This document shows, piece after piece, positions 51,622 through 60,448 of a stretch of 64,000 nt of DNA. Position 1 is the first letter of the stretch. Every line of letters starts with the position of its first letter. The notes below the pieces were generated by a model, which was not told the DNA's origin, made no database searches, and was given only the letters and a program-made list of their open reading frames with translations. The translations under genes and the position numbers were made by a program. The DNA comes from Pseudomonadota bacterium (lineage in GTDB: Bacteria; Myxococcota; JACRCW01; JAFGSX01). The stretch lies in assembly GCA_043821645.1 (NCBI GenBank), contig JBDRCO010000003.1:224001-288000 (forward strand). The letters run 5' to 3'.

Positions 51622-52389
51622 ATGACAAGACCGAGCCAGGGCTTCTCGATACTCATTCCGGCATACCAAGCCGAGGCCACCCTGCCACTGGTGCTGCAGC
51701 GGATCGCCGACGAGGTGTGGCAGCGGGTGACCACCGTCTGGATCGTGGACGATGCCAGCCGCGATGGCACGGCCGAGCAGATCCGCACCCACGCCAGGCA
51801 GCAACCCAAGATCGAAGGCGTCTTCCTGCCTCGCAACCTGGGCTATGGCGGTGCCTGCAAGCAGGCGCTGCGGCGCATCCGCGCGCAGCCGGTCGAGCAT
51901 GCGGTGTGTGTGCACGCCGATGGCCAGTATGCGCCGGAGGAACTTCCTCGGCTGCTGTCGACGCTGGCCGGGCGAGACCTCGATGTTCTGCAGGGTTCGC
52001 GCCTGGCGTCGGGGACCGCTCTGTCCGGCGGCATGCCCATTTACAAGTACCTGGCTGGCCGCGCGCTGACCGCCATCGGCAACACCGTGCTCGGCCTGCA
52101 GATGACCGACTACCACAGTGGTTACATGGTCTACGGGAGACGAGCGCTCGACCTCGTCCCATTCGACCGTCTGTCCAACAGCTTTGACTTCGACCTCGAG
52201 GTGATCGCGGCTGCACGCGCGCTTGGGCTGTCCATCGGCGAGGCGCCCATACCGACGCGCTACAGCGACGAGGTCTCGCACCTTCGCGTCATCCCGTATG
52301 GACTGCGCGTGTTGCGCGTACACTGGCGCTACGCCGGTGGATACTACCGCCGGATGCTGCAACAACCACCTGGAGGAGCATCGGTATGA
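51622..52389 (+). CDS. Glycosyltransferase family 2 (DPM1-like)
   Basis: ILIPAYQAE, VDDASRDGT, NLGYGGA, HADGQY, GSR, TDYHSGY, FDFDLEV. Confidence 0.92.
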   Translation: MTRPSQGFSILIPAYQAEATLPLVLQRIADEVWQRVTTVWIVDDASRDGTAEQIRTHARQQPKIEGVFLPRNLGYGGACKQALRRIRAQPVEHAVCVHADGQYAPEELPRLLSTLAGRDLDVLQGSRLASGTALSGGMPIYKYLAGRALTAIGNTVLGLQMTDYHSGYMVYGRRALDLVPFDRLSNSFDFDLEVIAAARALGLSIGEAPIPTRYSDEVSHLRVIPYGLRVLRVHWRYAGGYYRRMLQQPPGGASV

Positions 52390-53780
52390 CCGCCCGCGTG
52401 CTACTTGTCGCACCGCCCAGCGTTCAACTCGCCTATGCCGGCCTCAAGAAGGCCAGCATCGCCCGCGTGCACCCGCCGTTGTCGTTGCCGATGCTGGCGG
52501 CTCGGGTGCGCGACCGGGCGACCGTCCGCATCCTGGACCTCAACGTCGAGCCACAGCCGCAGCTCGCGCTGGCCAGCGCGCTCGAGTCATTTCGACCGAC
52601 GCACGTGGGCGTGACCGGAGTGACCCCGCTGTACCCGTCCATGCTGGAGATCCTGCGCACCGTCAGGCGCATTGACCCGGCGATCGTGACCATCGCAGGC
52701 GGCCCGTTTGTCTCGGCCCTGCCCGAGGAAGTCGTCGCCACCACCCTGGTCGACTGCGTCGTGATCGGCGAGGGCGAGGAGACCTTCGCCGAGCTGCTCG
52801 AGCGACCACTCGCCGAGGTGCGCGGCATCTGCTACCTGGCGGACGGCGCACCGCGGCGAACCGCCGTCCGGCCGCCCATCGAAGACCTCGACCGCCTCCC
52901 CCTGCCGGCCTGGGATCTGTACGACCTGAGTCGCTACCGTGCGCCAGTGGTGGTCGAGCGTCATCCTCCGGCCGCGCTGGTCGAGACCACGCGCGGTTGC
53001 CCGCACAGCTGTGTCTGGTGCTCGAAGATCCCGTTCGGCTCGACATTCCGCGTCAAGTCGCCGGAACGGGTGGTCGAGGAGTTCCTGTATCTGAAGCGCA
53101 TCGGGTTTCGCGAGGCACATGTCGAGGACGATGGCTTTTCCGAGAACCTCAAGCACGCCAAGGAGGTCTGCCGCGCCCTCATCGCTGCGCGCATCGACCT
53201 GCCCTGGAACCTGCTCAACGGCATCCGCGTCGATCGTTTCGACGATGAGCTGGCCGGGCTCCTCGCGGCTGCGGGGTGCTACCAGTGTGGATTTGGCATC
53301 GAGACCGGCAACGACGCTGTGCGTGGCGAAGCTGGCAAGCGCGTGGTGGGCAGCGACATCCGGCGAGCCCTCGACATCGCCCGGCGCCACGGTCTGGAGT
53401 CCATGGGCTACTTCATCATGGGATTGCCCAACGAGACCGAGGCCTCGCTGCGGGAGACCATCGAGTTCATGTGCAGCCTCCCGCTCGACTACGTCAAGAT
53501 CTCGACCTTTGTGCCCTTTCCGGGGTCGCGCATCTTTACTGAACTCGAGCAGGCCGGCCGCATCCTGACCCGCGACTGGGGCCTCTACCTCCATCACGAT
53601 GTCCAGCACGAGGTCTTCAGACACGAGGTGCTGACGAAGGCGGTCCTGGCCCGTTACTATCGAGAAGCCTATCGCCGCTTCTACCTGAGGCCGCCCTACA
53701 TGCTGCGCCAGCTTGCGAAAGGTATTCGCAAAGGCATGCTGCGGCGCATGGCCGCAGACTTCATAGCGACCAAGTGGTAG
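52386..53780 (+). CDS. Cobalamin-binding radical SAM protein (class B methyltransferase-like)
   Basis: N-terminal B12-binding domain (HPPLSL, GGPFVSALPEE, IGEGEET), TRGCPHSCVWC, GIETGN, FIMGLPNET, PFPGS. Confidence 0.9.
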   Translation: MTARVLLVAPPSVQLAYAGLKKASIARVHPPLSLPMLAARVRDRATVRILDLNVEPQPQLALASALESFRPTHVGVTGVTPLYPSMLEILRTVRRIDPAIVTIAGGPFVSALPEEVVATTLVDCVVIGEGEETFAELLERPLAEVRGICYLADGAPRRTAVRPPIEDLDRLPLPAWDLYDLSRYRAPVVVERHPPAALVETTRGCPHSCVWCSKIPFGSTFRVKSPERVVEEFLYLKRIGFREAHVEDDGFSENLKHAKEVCRALIAARIDLPWNLLNGIRVDRFDDELAGLLAAAGCYQCGFGIETGNDAVRGEAGKRVVGSDIRRALDIARRHGLESMGYFIMGLPNETEASLRETIEFMCSLPLDYVKISTFVPFPGSRIFTELEQAGRILTRDWGLYLHHDVQHEVFRHEVLTKAVLARYYREAYRRFYLRPPYMLRQLAKGIRKGMLRRMAADFIATKW

Positions 53781-53924
53781 CGCAGTACCGCATCGCGGTT
53801 GCGCTCTCGTCGTGGCGCCCTGGCGGGACCGTCTGGCAACATTGACCGGTGGCACCAGCAGTCGCTATTCTGGCGCGTCTTTCGTGTCGTTGACGTGGAG
53901 ACCGGGATCGCGCGGAGGGAGTCG

Positions 53925-54926
53925 ATGGTGGGCAGGAGGATCTTGATCACCGGCGGCCTCGGCTTCATCGGATCCTACCTCGCCGAGCACTTTCTCGAGA
54001 ACGGCGACCGTGTGACGATCGTCGACTCGCTCGTCTCTAACGTTGTCGAACCGGCGTTTTTCGACGTCAAGTATCCAGAAGTCCACATCGTCCAGTCCTC
54101 GGTCGCCGATCACTTTGCCACCACACCGGACCTGACCGGCTACGACCTGTTCATTCACGCGGCCAGCCTGGTTGGCCCGGCCAGCCTGATCGACGACGCT
54201 GGATCCATCGGCTCGGACATCGTGCTGTCGACGGCGTGCATCATCGAGCAGTGCCGGAAGGCGGACATCCCCCTGCTCCACTTCTCGTCGGCCGAGGTGT
54301 ATGGCCGCAGCGGGGTACTCGATGAGGCGCACGAGATCCGCGTGCCGCCTTACTACAACGCGCGCATTGAGTACGCGCTGGCCAAGCTGACCAGCGAGGC
54401 CATGATCAGCAACAGTCAGCACCGAGGGCTGCGCGCGATCGTGATCCGGCCGTTCAACGTGGCGGGTCCTCGGCAAAGCCGGGCGGGCGGATTCGTGCTG
54501 CCCACCTTCGTGCAGCAGGCGCTGGGCGGCAGGCCGCTCACGGTGTTCGGCAGTGGCCAGCAGACACGCGCCTTCCTCGGTATCGATGATCTGGTCCAGT
54601 TCGTGGCGCAGCGAATCGACAACTGGCCGGCCGAACCCTTCACGATCTACAACGTCGGCAACCCCGACAACGCGACCACCATACAGGCGCTGGCCGAGCG
54701 TGTGATCCGCTTGCTCGGCAGCCGGTCGACCCTCGTCCAGGTCGATCCCAAATCGGTCTATGGCCCACTCTACTTCGAGGCCGAGAGCTTCGAGAAGGTA
54801 CCGGCCATCGGCAAGGCGAGAGCACTGGGCTGGGAGCCCCGGCAGACTCTCGATGACACCATCCGGCAGTGCGCTGCCTACTACAGGGACCACCGCGATC
54901 CGCGAGGGCGCGATGCTCGCACCTAG
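53925..54926 (+). CDS. NAD-dependent nucleotide-sugar epimerase/dehydratase
   Basis: ILITGGLGFIGS, SSAEVYG, YALAK (YxxxK), RPFNVAGPRQ, GSGQQTRAF. Confidence 0.9.
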   Translation: MVGRRILITGGLGFIGSYLAEHFLENGDRVTIVDSLVSNVVEPAFFDVKYPEVHIVQSSVADHFATTPDLTGYDLFIHAASLVGPASLIDDAGSIGSDIVLSTACIIEQCRKADIPLLHFSSAEVYGRSGVLDEAHEIRVPPYYNARIEYALAKLTSEAMISNSQHRGLRAIVIRPFNVAGPRQSRAGGFVLPTFVQQALGGRPLTVFGSGQQTRAFLGIDDLVQFVAQRIDNWPAEPFTIYNVGNPDNATTIQALAERVIRLLGSRSTLVQVDPKSVYGPLYFEAESFEKVPAIGKARALGWEPRQTLDDTIRQCAAYYRDHRDPRGRDART

Positions 54927-55608
54927 GCCGATCCGCAGCGCGCTGGTGATCGCGCCGCATGCGGACGACGAGGCGATCGGTGCGGGGGGCCTGATCGCGC
55001 GGCTGACGGCGGCCGGCGTGCCGGTCACGGTTCTCTTCGCAGTCGTCGACGGTTTTCATCACCACGGGCTTGAGCAGCCTTCGACCCTGGAGCAGCGTCA
55101 GCAGGAGATCGCGGCAGCAGCTGCCATCCTGTCCTTCGAGTACGAGGTGGCCTACCTGGGCCGCGACTTGATCGAGAAGCTGGATACGGTGCCCCAGCGT
55201 GAGCTGGTCGATCTGTTCGAGGCCAAGCTCGATCAGGTCCGGCCGGACCTGCTGCTTCTGCCGCACGGCGTCGACTACGACCAGGATCATCGTGCTTGCT
55301 TCCAGGCCGCTTTCGCTGCGGCCCGACCCATCCCGGAGACGCTGGGCAAGTTCTTTCCACGACGGGTCCTGACCTACGAGAGCCCCAAGCTGGGCTGGTC
55401 CGAGCAGCCGTTCCAGCCGTCCATGTACTGGGAGATCTCGGATCAGCTCGAGACCAAGTGCAGGGCGATCGCTGCATATCAGACACAGCTGCGGTCTGCC
55501 CCACACATCCGCAGCCTGGACAGCATCCGCGATCTCGCGCGCATGCGTGGTCGCGAGGCTGGCGTCGTGAGTGCCGAGGCCTTCTCGCTGCTGCGCTGGG
55601 TCGACTGA
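54913..55608 (+). CDS. PIG-L/LmbE-family N-deacetylase
   Basis: APHADDEAIGAGG, DYDQDH, K..AIAAYQTQ, AEAF. Confidence 0.88.
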   Translation: MLAPRPIRSALVIAPHADDEAIGAGGLIARLTAAGVPVTVLFAVVDGFHHHGLEQPSTLEQRQQEIAAAAAILSFEYEVAYLGRDLIEKLDTVPQRELVDLFEAKLDQVRPDLLLLPHGVDYDQDHRACFQAAFAAARPIPETLGKFFPRRVLTYESPKLGWSEQPFQPSMYWEISDQLETKCRAIAAYQTQLRSAPHIRSLDSIRDLARMRGREAGVVSAEAFSLLRWVD

Positions 55609-55663
55609 GGGCGCCACCCGCGATCGGGCCTGGCGCAGCGCGCACTCCTGAATCGGAGCACCC

Positions 55664-57310
55664 TCACTTCTGTAGCGTGGACTCCGGCATGGGCTCGGTG
55701 CGGTCGTGGTAGGGCTGCAGCGTCGGGGGGCCCTGGTACTCCGGCGGCGGAACGAGCCACCAGATCTGGCGGTCCCCGAAATATGCGATGAGCTCGGCGT
55801 TGCGCTCGGCGCCCATGTCCCGCGCCCACACCACCGCAGACGCGTCGATGTCCGGTGCGTTGTAGACCCACTCCCGGTGGACGCTGTGACCCCCTGGGTA
55901 GTGAACGATGATCAGGTGCCGGCCTGATGCCGCCAGGTGCTGCTCGATGCGCTGCCGTTCGTGGCACCACGAGCGGGAGGCGAGCTGTGGCTCCCGGCCA
56001 GCCTCCAGCGCACGTCCTGCTCCGACGAAGAGGCAGGCCAGGGCTACCAGCAGCGGGATCCCGCGGCGTGCCAGCCGGCGCGTCACTTGCACGCTGGCAA
56101 GTAGCCGCACCGTGGCGACCAGGAGCAGCAGTGTCGCCGCCACAAAGGGCGAGAAGTGACGGATCTCGTGCCAGGGCGGCATCATCTGGGCGACGAAGCC
56201 CACCCCAAACGATGCCAGGGCCAGGCGCAGGCGCCGGAACCGCACCAGGAGCGGGATCAGCAAAAGCACGACAGGGCCGAGCGGCGCAAAGTAATAGGAG
56301 ACCGATCCGGTCCAGACATCGAGCAGGCGCCTGTGGATGTAGTAGGGGATTTCACGCGCGCTATGCAGCTGCGGCGTGGGCACGAAGTTGACGTTTGCCA
56401 TCTTCTGGAACACATCGTGTCGGAACTCGACCGGACGCGACTTGCCACCCACCCCGAGGAGATCGAGCAACGGCATGCTGCGAGCCATGTAGGTCTTGGC
56501 GTAGGCGCTGTAAGGAAGCTCGAACACGGAGCCTGTGATGCGCAGGTTGCTCCACAGGAGGAACGACAGCCCGAGACCCACGCTCAGCGCGATGGGGAGG
56601 GTGGCGCGCAGTACTCGACGCACCCGCACCGGCGGTGCCAGCCGAACCCCCCAGGCGACCAGCGCGATTGCGACCGGTAGGCTCGCTGCCAGCCCCTCGT
56701 AGGGCCGGGTGTTGGCCAAGATGGCCAGACCGGCACCAAGCAACAGACCGTCGCGCAGGCGATCACGACGACGCAGCCAGCCCAGGCCTCCAAGCAGGAG
56801 CGCGCTCCCCAGCCCCGCCACCGACGGGCCCCAGTAGGTCTCCGTCCAGTCACCCCAGGTCCCCAGGCAGAACAGGGTGATCAGGCCACCGAACAACGCC
56901 CAGCGTGGGCTGGTCCAGGCCAGCAGCATCCAGTACAGCGCTGCGATCATCAGGGCGCTCGCGATCCACACCCCCACGATCGGCTGGCCGGTGAGCGTGA
57001 TGCCGAGCGCCATGGCCAGGCTCTGGCCAGGCGGCTTCGCGCTTGCGTAGGTCGGTTGCGAGAGCACGTAGATGGTCTCGAAGTGCTGCCACAGAGGGTG
57101 CGGTGGGTTGCTTAGCCGTCCCTGCGCGAGGGTCTGCGCGCCGAACAGCAGGCCGTACTCGTCATGCACGGACGGGACCGGGACGCCGTAGGGGATGAGG
57201 GCGGCCGCGCTCACTGCCAGCGATGAGAGTGCGAGCGCGAGCATGCATGCTCGACGTCGCGCGGCCAGGTGGCCCCAGGTGCGCCAGATGGTCTTCACCG
57301 CACGGTCCAA
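55664..57310 (-). CDS. Polytopic membrane protein, probable GT-C-fold glycosyltransferase
   Basis: Many TM helices; VHDEY acidic motif after TM1, GRLSNPPHP, ANTRPYEG, EWVYNAPDID. Confidence 0.65.
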   Translation of the reverse strand: MDRAVKTIWRTWGHLAARRRACMLALALSSLAVSAAALIPYGVPVPSVHDEYGLLFGAQTLAQGRLSNPPHPLWQHFETIYVLSQPTYASAKPPGQSLAMALGITLTGQPIVGVWIASALMIAALYWMLLAWTSPRWALFGGLITLFCLGTWGDWTETYWGPSVAGLGSALLLGGLGWLRRRDRLRDGLLLGAGLAILANTRPYEGLAASLPVAIALVAWGVRLAPPVRVRRVLRATLPIALSVGLGLSFLLWSNLRITGSVFELPYSAYAKTYMARSMPLLDLLGVGGKSRPVEFRHDVFQKMANVNFVPTPQLHSAREIPYYIHRRLLDVWTGSVSYYFAPLGPVVLLLIPLLVRFRRLRLALASFGVGFVAQMMPPWHEIRHFSPFVAATLLLLVATVRLLASVQVTRRLARRGIPLLVALACLFVGAGRALEAGREPQLASRSWCHERQRIEQHLAASGRHLIIVHYPGGHSVHREWVYNAPDIDASAVVWARDMGAERNAELIAYFGDRQIWWLVPPPEYQGPPTLQPYHDRTEPMPESTLQK

Positions 57311-57354
57311 CGGGCCCCCTTGGTCTGCCTGCGCCCGGTGCCGACCGTCGCCAC

Positions 57355-57476
57355 TCAGCTCCAGGGCAGCGCGCCCAGCAGCCGCAGTAACAGGCCCTTG
57401 TGCGCATGCAGACGATGCTCTGCCAGTTTGTAGACCGCGGACCAGCGGTCGTCCATCGCCTCGTCCAGCACCTTTG
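57355..57476 (-). pseudogene. 3' fragment of an ornithine/aspartate carbamoyltransferase-family gene truncated by IS3
   Basis: Reads KVLDEAMDDRWSAVYKLAEHRLHAHKGLLLRLLGALPWS*, matching the OTCase C-terminal AENRLHAQKA motif; abuts the IS3 inverted repeat. Confidence 0.6.
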
Positions 57477-57760
57477 TGGGCTTGCCCCGATTCAGTGGAC
57501 AGTATTTCTACGCTGCTCGCTTCAACTCCAGTCCTGGATTCTCATACTTCACTGCGCTCGCATTGCGGTTCGACGCGTCGGGTCGATCGCAGCTGCAGGT
57601 GTTCGCGATGTCATCGGCGATCGCGCACTCGCGGAACGACGCGTGGCCCACGCGCCTCGGTAGCAGATCTCATCCTTGAGCGTCGACAGGCAGCTCTCGG
57701 CCACCGCGTTGTCCCGGCAGTTGCCCTTGTGGCTCATGCATCGAAGTCCAGCACCAACTC
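57477..57760 (-). mobile_element. IS3-family insertion sequence remnant (right end plus degraded integrase C-terminus)
   Basis: Terminal TGGGCTTGCCCCGATTCAGTGGACA resembles IS3-family IRs; minus-strand MSHKGNCRDNAVAESCLSTLKDE matches the IS3 OrfB motif S..GNC.DNA.AESF...LK.E. Confidence 0.8.
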
Positions 57761-57948
57761 CTCGGACGGCGCCGCGCAGCAGAGGTGATGGCGCCTCCGT
57801 CAAAGAAGACTCCGACGCGGTGACGTCAGCTCGTGGCGAGGAACGAGCGGTCCGGGGTCGCTTTCATCGGGGCTGGTCTCTGTGTCGGTGACCAAGAAAA
57901 TCAGTGACGACGTGATGGTCCGCCCTCCCTGGTCATGATCGATGCAGG

Positions 57949-59367
57949 TTAGAGGTCGAAATACAGCTCGTACTCGTAGGGGTGCGGACGCACGTGCACG
58001 GCGTCCACCTCCAGGGTGCGCTTCATCTTGAGGTAGCTGTCGATGAGTTCGCCGTCGAACACGCCGCCGGCGGTCAAGAACGCCCGGTCCGCATCCAGGG
58101 CGGCCAGCGCGTCCTCGAAGCGCATGGGCACGTCCTTGAGCTTGGCCTGCTCCTCGGCGGGTAAAGCGTAGGCATTGGCGTCGATGGGACCGAAGCCCAT
58201 GGCGCTTGGATCCATCTTTTTCTGCACGCCCTCGAGTCCGGCCATGAGCTGGGCCGCGATGATCAGATAGGGATTCGCCGTGGCGTCGGGCATACGGTAC
58301 TCGACCCGGGCTTCGCGCTCGTTGACCGCGTAGGCGGGGATGCGCAGCGCGCTGGAGCGGTTGCTCAGGCCGAAGAACAACTTGACCGGTGCCGCCAGGT
58401 TGGGGGCGAAGCGCCGGTACGAATTGGTGCTGGCGTTGCCTATGGCCATGAGCGCTGGCGTGTGCTGCAGCAGACCGCTCAGGTACTGCAGCGCCAGGGT
58501 GTTGAGGCCGCCGTAGCCGTCACCAAAGAACAGGGATTTTTCGCCGCTGCTCAGGTACTGGTGGAAGTGCATGCCACTGCCCGCGTGCCCGTGGAAGGGT
58601 TTGGGCATGAAGGTCACCAGCTTGCCCAGCTCGAGGGCGGTGTTCTTGATCAAGTACTTCATCAGCAGCATCGAGTCGGCGGTGCGCACCGGGGTGTCGA
58701 ACAGCAGCTCGATCTCGACCTGGCCAGGCGTGCCCAGCTCGTGGTGGTGGTACTTGACCTTGATGCCAGCCTCCTCGATGCGCTGGACCATCCGCTCGCG
58801 GACCTCGGTGTAGCGGTCGAGAGGCGCGTCGGCCTGGCCGATCTTCTCGAAGCCGGACACTCGGTACAGCGAATCCTCGGCTTCGCCCCAGCCCAGACCG
58901 TTGGCCTGCACGCTGAAGTAGGACTCGCCGGGGCTGGTGCCGTAGCTGGCACCATCGAGCACGTAGAATTCGAGCTCGGGCATGAACAGCGCGTGACCGC
59001 CAAGCTTGAGCGAGGCCAGGTGCTGCTCGGCCTTCTGGCAGATGTAGCGCGGGTCCCTGGGGTAGCGGTTGCCCTGGTTGTCGAGCATGTCGCAGATGAA
59101 GGCCAGGGTGGGGCGGGCGTGGAAGGGATCGATGAAGCCGGTGGCGACGTCGGGGCGCACCTTCATGTCGCCCTGCTCGACCGTGCGGAACCCGGGATAG
59201 GGCGACAGCGAGATGCCCGTGCCCTCGCTGAACACGCGCTCACTGATGGTGGCGGCGGAGTAGGTCATGCGCCGCCAGCGCCCCTGCAGGTCCACCACCT
59301 TGAGCTCGACCTGCTCGATGCCCTCGCTGCGGATGTACTCGAACACGTCCTGGATGCTCGCGAACAT
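57949..59367 (-). CDS. glnA: Type I glutamine synthetase
   Basis: PELEFY, HHHELGTPGQVEI, TFMPKP, GSGMHFHQ, NSYRRF, SNRSSALRIP, EYRMPDATANPY. Confidence 0.95.
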   Translation of the reverse strand: MFASIQDVFEYIRSEGIEQVELKVVDLQGRWRRMTYSAATISERVFSEGTGISLSPYPGFRTVEQGDMKVRPDVATGFIDPFHARPTLAFICDMLDNQGNRYPRDPRYICQKAEQHLASLKLGGHALFMPELEFYVLDGASYGTSPGESYFSVQANGLGWGEAEDSLYRVSGFEKIGQADAPLDRYTEVRERMVQRIEEAGIKVKYHHHELGTPGQVEIELLFDTPVRTADSMLLMKYLIKNTALELGKLVTFMPKPFHGHAGSGMHFHQYLSSGEKSLFFGDGYGGLNTLALQYLSGLLQHTPALMAIGNASTNSYRRFAPNLAAPVKLFFGLSNRSSALRIPAYAVNEREARVEYRMPDATANPYLIIAAQLMAGLEGVQKKMDPSAMGFGPIDANAYALPAEEQAKLKDVPMRFEDALAALDADRAFLTAGGVFDGELIDSYLKMKRTLEVDAVHVRPHPYEYELYFDL

Positions 59368-59451
59368 GCCTCACTCCTGTGTTCTCGGGACGAATGCCCG
59401 GATGCGGGACACACCGCTGCCGCGTTGCAGGGGTGGCTCGCGTGGCGCCGG

Positions 59452-59480
59452 ATTATGGGTGCGAACAGGGGGTGAGGCAA
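59452..59480 (-). promoter_or_regulatory. Putative sigma70-type promoter of glnA
   Basis: Minus strand TTGCCT-N17-CATAAT about 85 bp upstream of the ATG; RBS AGGAG. Confidence 0.5.
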
Positions 59481-59498
59481 GCTGCTGCGCGGCCGGGC

Positions 59499-59825
59499 TC
59501 AGGACTCGACGTCGCCGAGTTCTCCGCGCTGCGCGCGTGCGATCCACTCGCGGATCTCGCGCTCCACCACGTTGAGGGCGCGTGACCGGAAGGGCCTGAG
59601 CAGCAAGGGCACGTCCATGTCGATCTCGACGGAGCGGGGGGTGAGCTTGAAGCCCCCTCTCACGGTGGAGCCCAGCGCCGAGAACGCGATCTCGGCCCTG
59701 TCGTCGCCGTTCCAGGACAGGCGCGGGTTGTATTCTGCGAAACGCTCGACATAGCTTCCGAGGGCGTGGCGGATCACACGGCGGGCAAGCTGCAGCTCGA
59801 GGCCGTGGTGGACGCTGTGCTTCAT
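59499..59825 (-). CDS. Polyhydroxyalkanoic acid system (PHA_gran_rgn)-like small protein
   Basis: MKHSVHHGL...W.GD.RAEIAF...V.G...VEIDMDVPLLLRPFR pattern. Confidence 0.6.
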   Translation of the reverse strand: MKHSVHHGLELQLARRVIRHALGSYVERFAEYNPRLSWNGDDRAEIAFSALGSTVRGGFKLTPRSVEIDMDVPLLLRPFRSRALNVVEREIREWIARAQRGELGDVES

Positions 59826-59909
59826 GGCCCACAAAATAGCTGGCCTGACGGGCACCGCCAGGATTTTTTCGCACGCGCTGTGTTGTGAAGGCTGGTGTAA
59901 ACTCCTGCC

Positions 59910-60353
59910 ATGCTGCGCTCCATCCTTGGCTGGCTGCTGCTCGCCATCGGTCTCGTGGGCTTCGCTGTAGAGTGCGATCATCTGATCTCCGGCACCGGTG
60001 ACGGACCTGTCCTGGGTTTTGTGCTGGCTGGCATCTTCGCGGCTGGTGGCACGGCCCTGCTGGGTTCGATTCGTCGGCGCAAACGCCTGCGACAGGAACC
60101 GAGCGCACTGGCTGTGCCGACCGCCGAGTCGCTCGAACCGGCCATCTTCAGGCTGGCGCGGGATCGCAGCGGTCGCATCTCCGCGGGCGAGGTGTCGGCA
60201 GAATTCAGCGTCAGCTTTGACCTGGCACACCAGGCGCTGGAGCGCCTTGCCCTGCGCGAGGCCTGTCAGGTGATGGTCAATGAGGCAGGTGCCACCCTGT
60301 ATCGTTTTGCCGAGTTCGAGGGAGTGGACGGCAAGCGCGATCTCCTCGAGTAG
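59910..60353 (+). CDS. Hypothetical membrane protein (2 TM plus HTH-like C-terminus)
   Basis: Two TM helices, then IFRLARDRSGRISAGEV...A..ALERL...G..LYRF. Confidence 0.6.
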   Translation: MLRSILGWLLLAIGLVGFAVECDHLISGTGDGPVLGFVLAGIFAAGGTALLGSIRRRKRLRQEPSALAVPTAESLEPAIFRLARDRSGRISAGEVSAEFSVSFDLAHQALERLALREACQVMVNEAGATLYRFAEFEGVDGKRDLLE

Positions 60354-60448
60354 CCGCTGCGCCGCATGCTGACGCGTCCCCGCGTCCGCGCTACATCCCT
60401 CTCACGTTCAGTGCTTGGGTTCCGCGCACCCGCGCCAGCGAGGATTTC

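Noticed and set aside
59368-59450. Glutamine riboswitch or sigma54 promoter upstream of glnA
   Set aside because: Neither the glnA-motif consensus nor a TGGCAC-N5-TTGC element is recognisable; a sigma70-like promoter explains the region.
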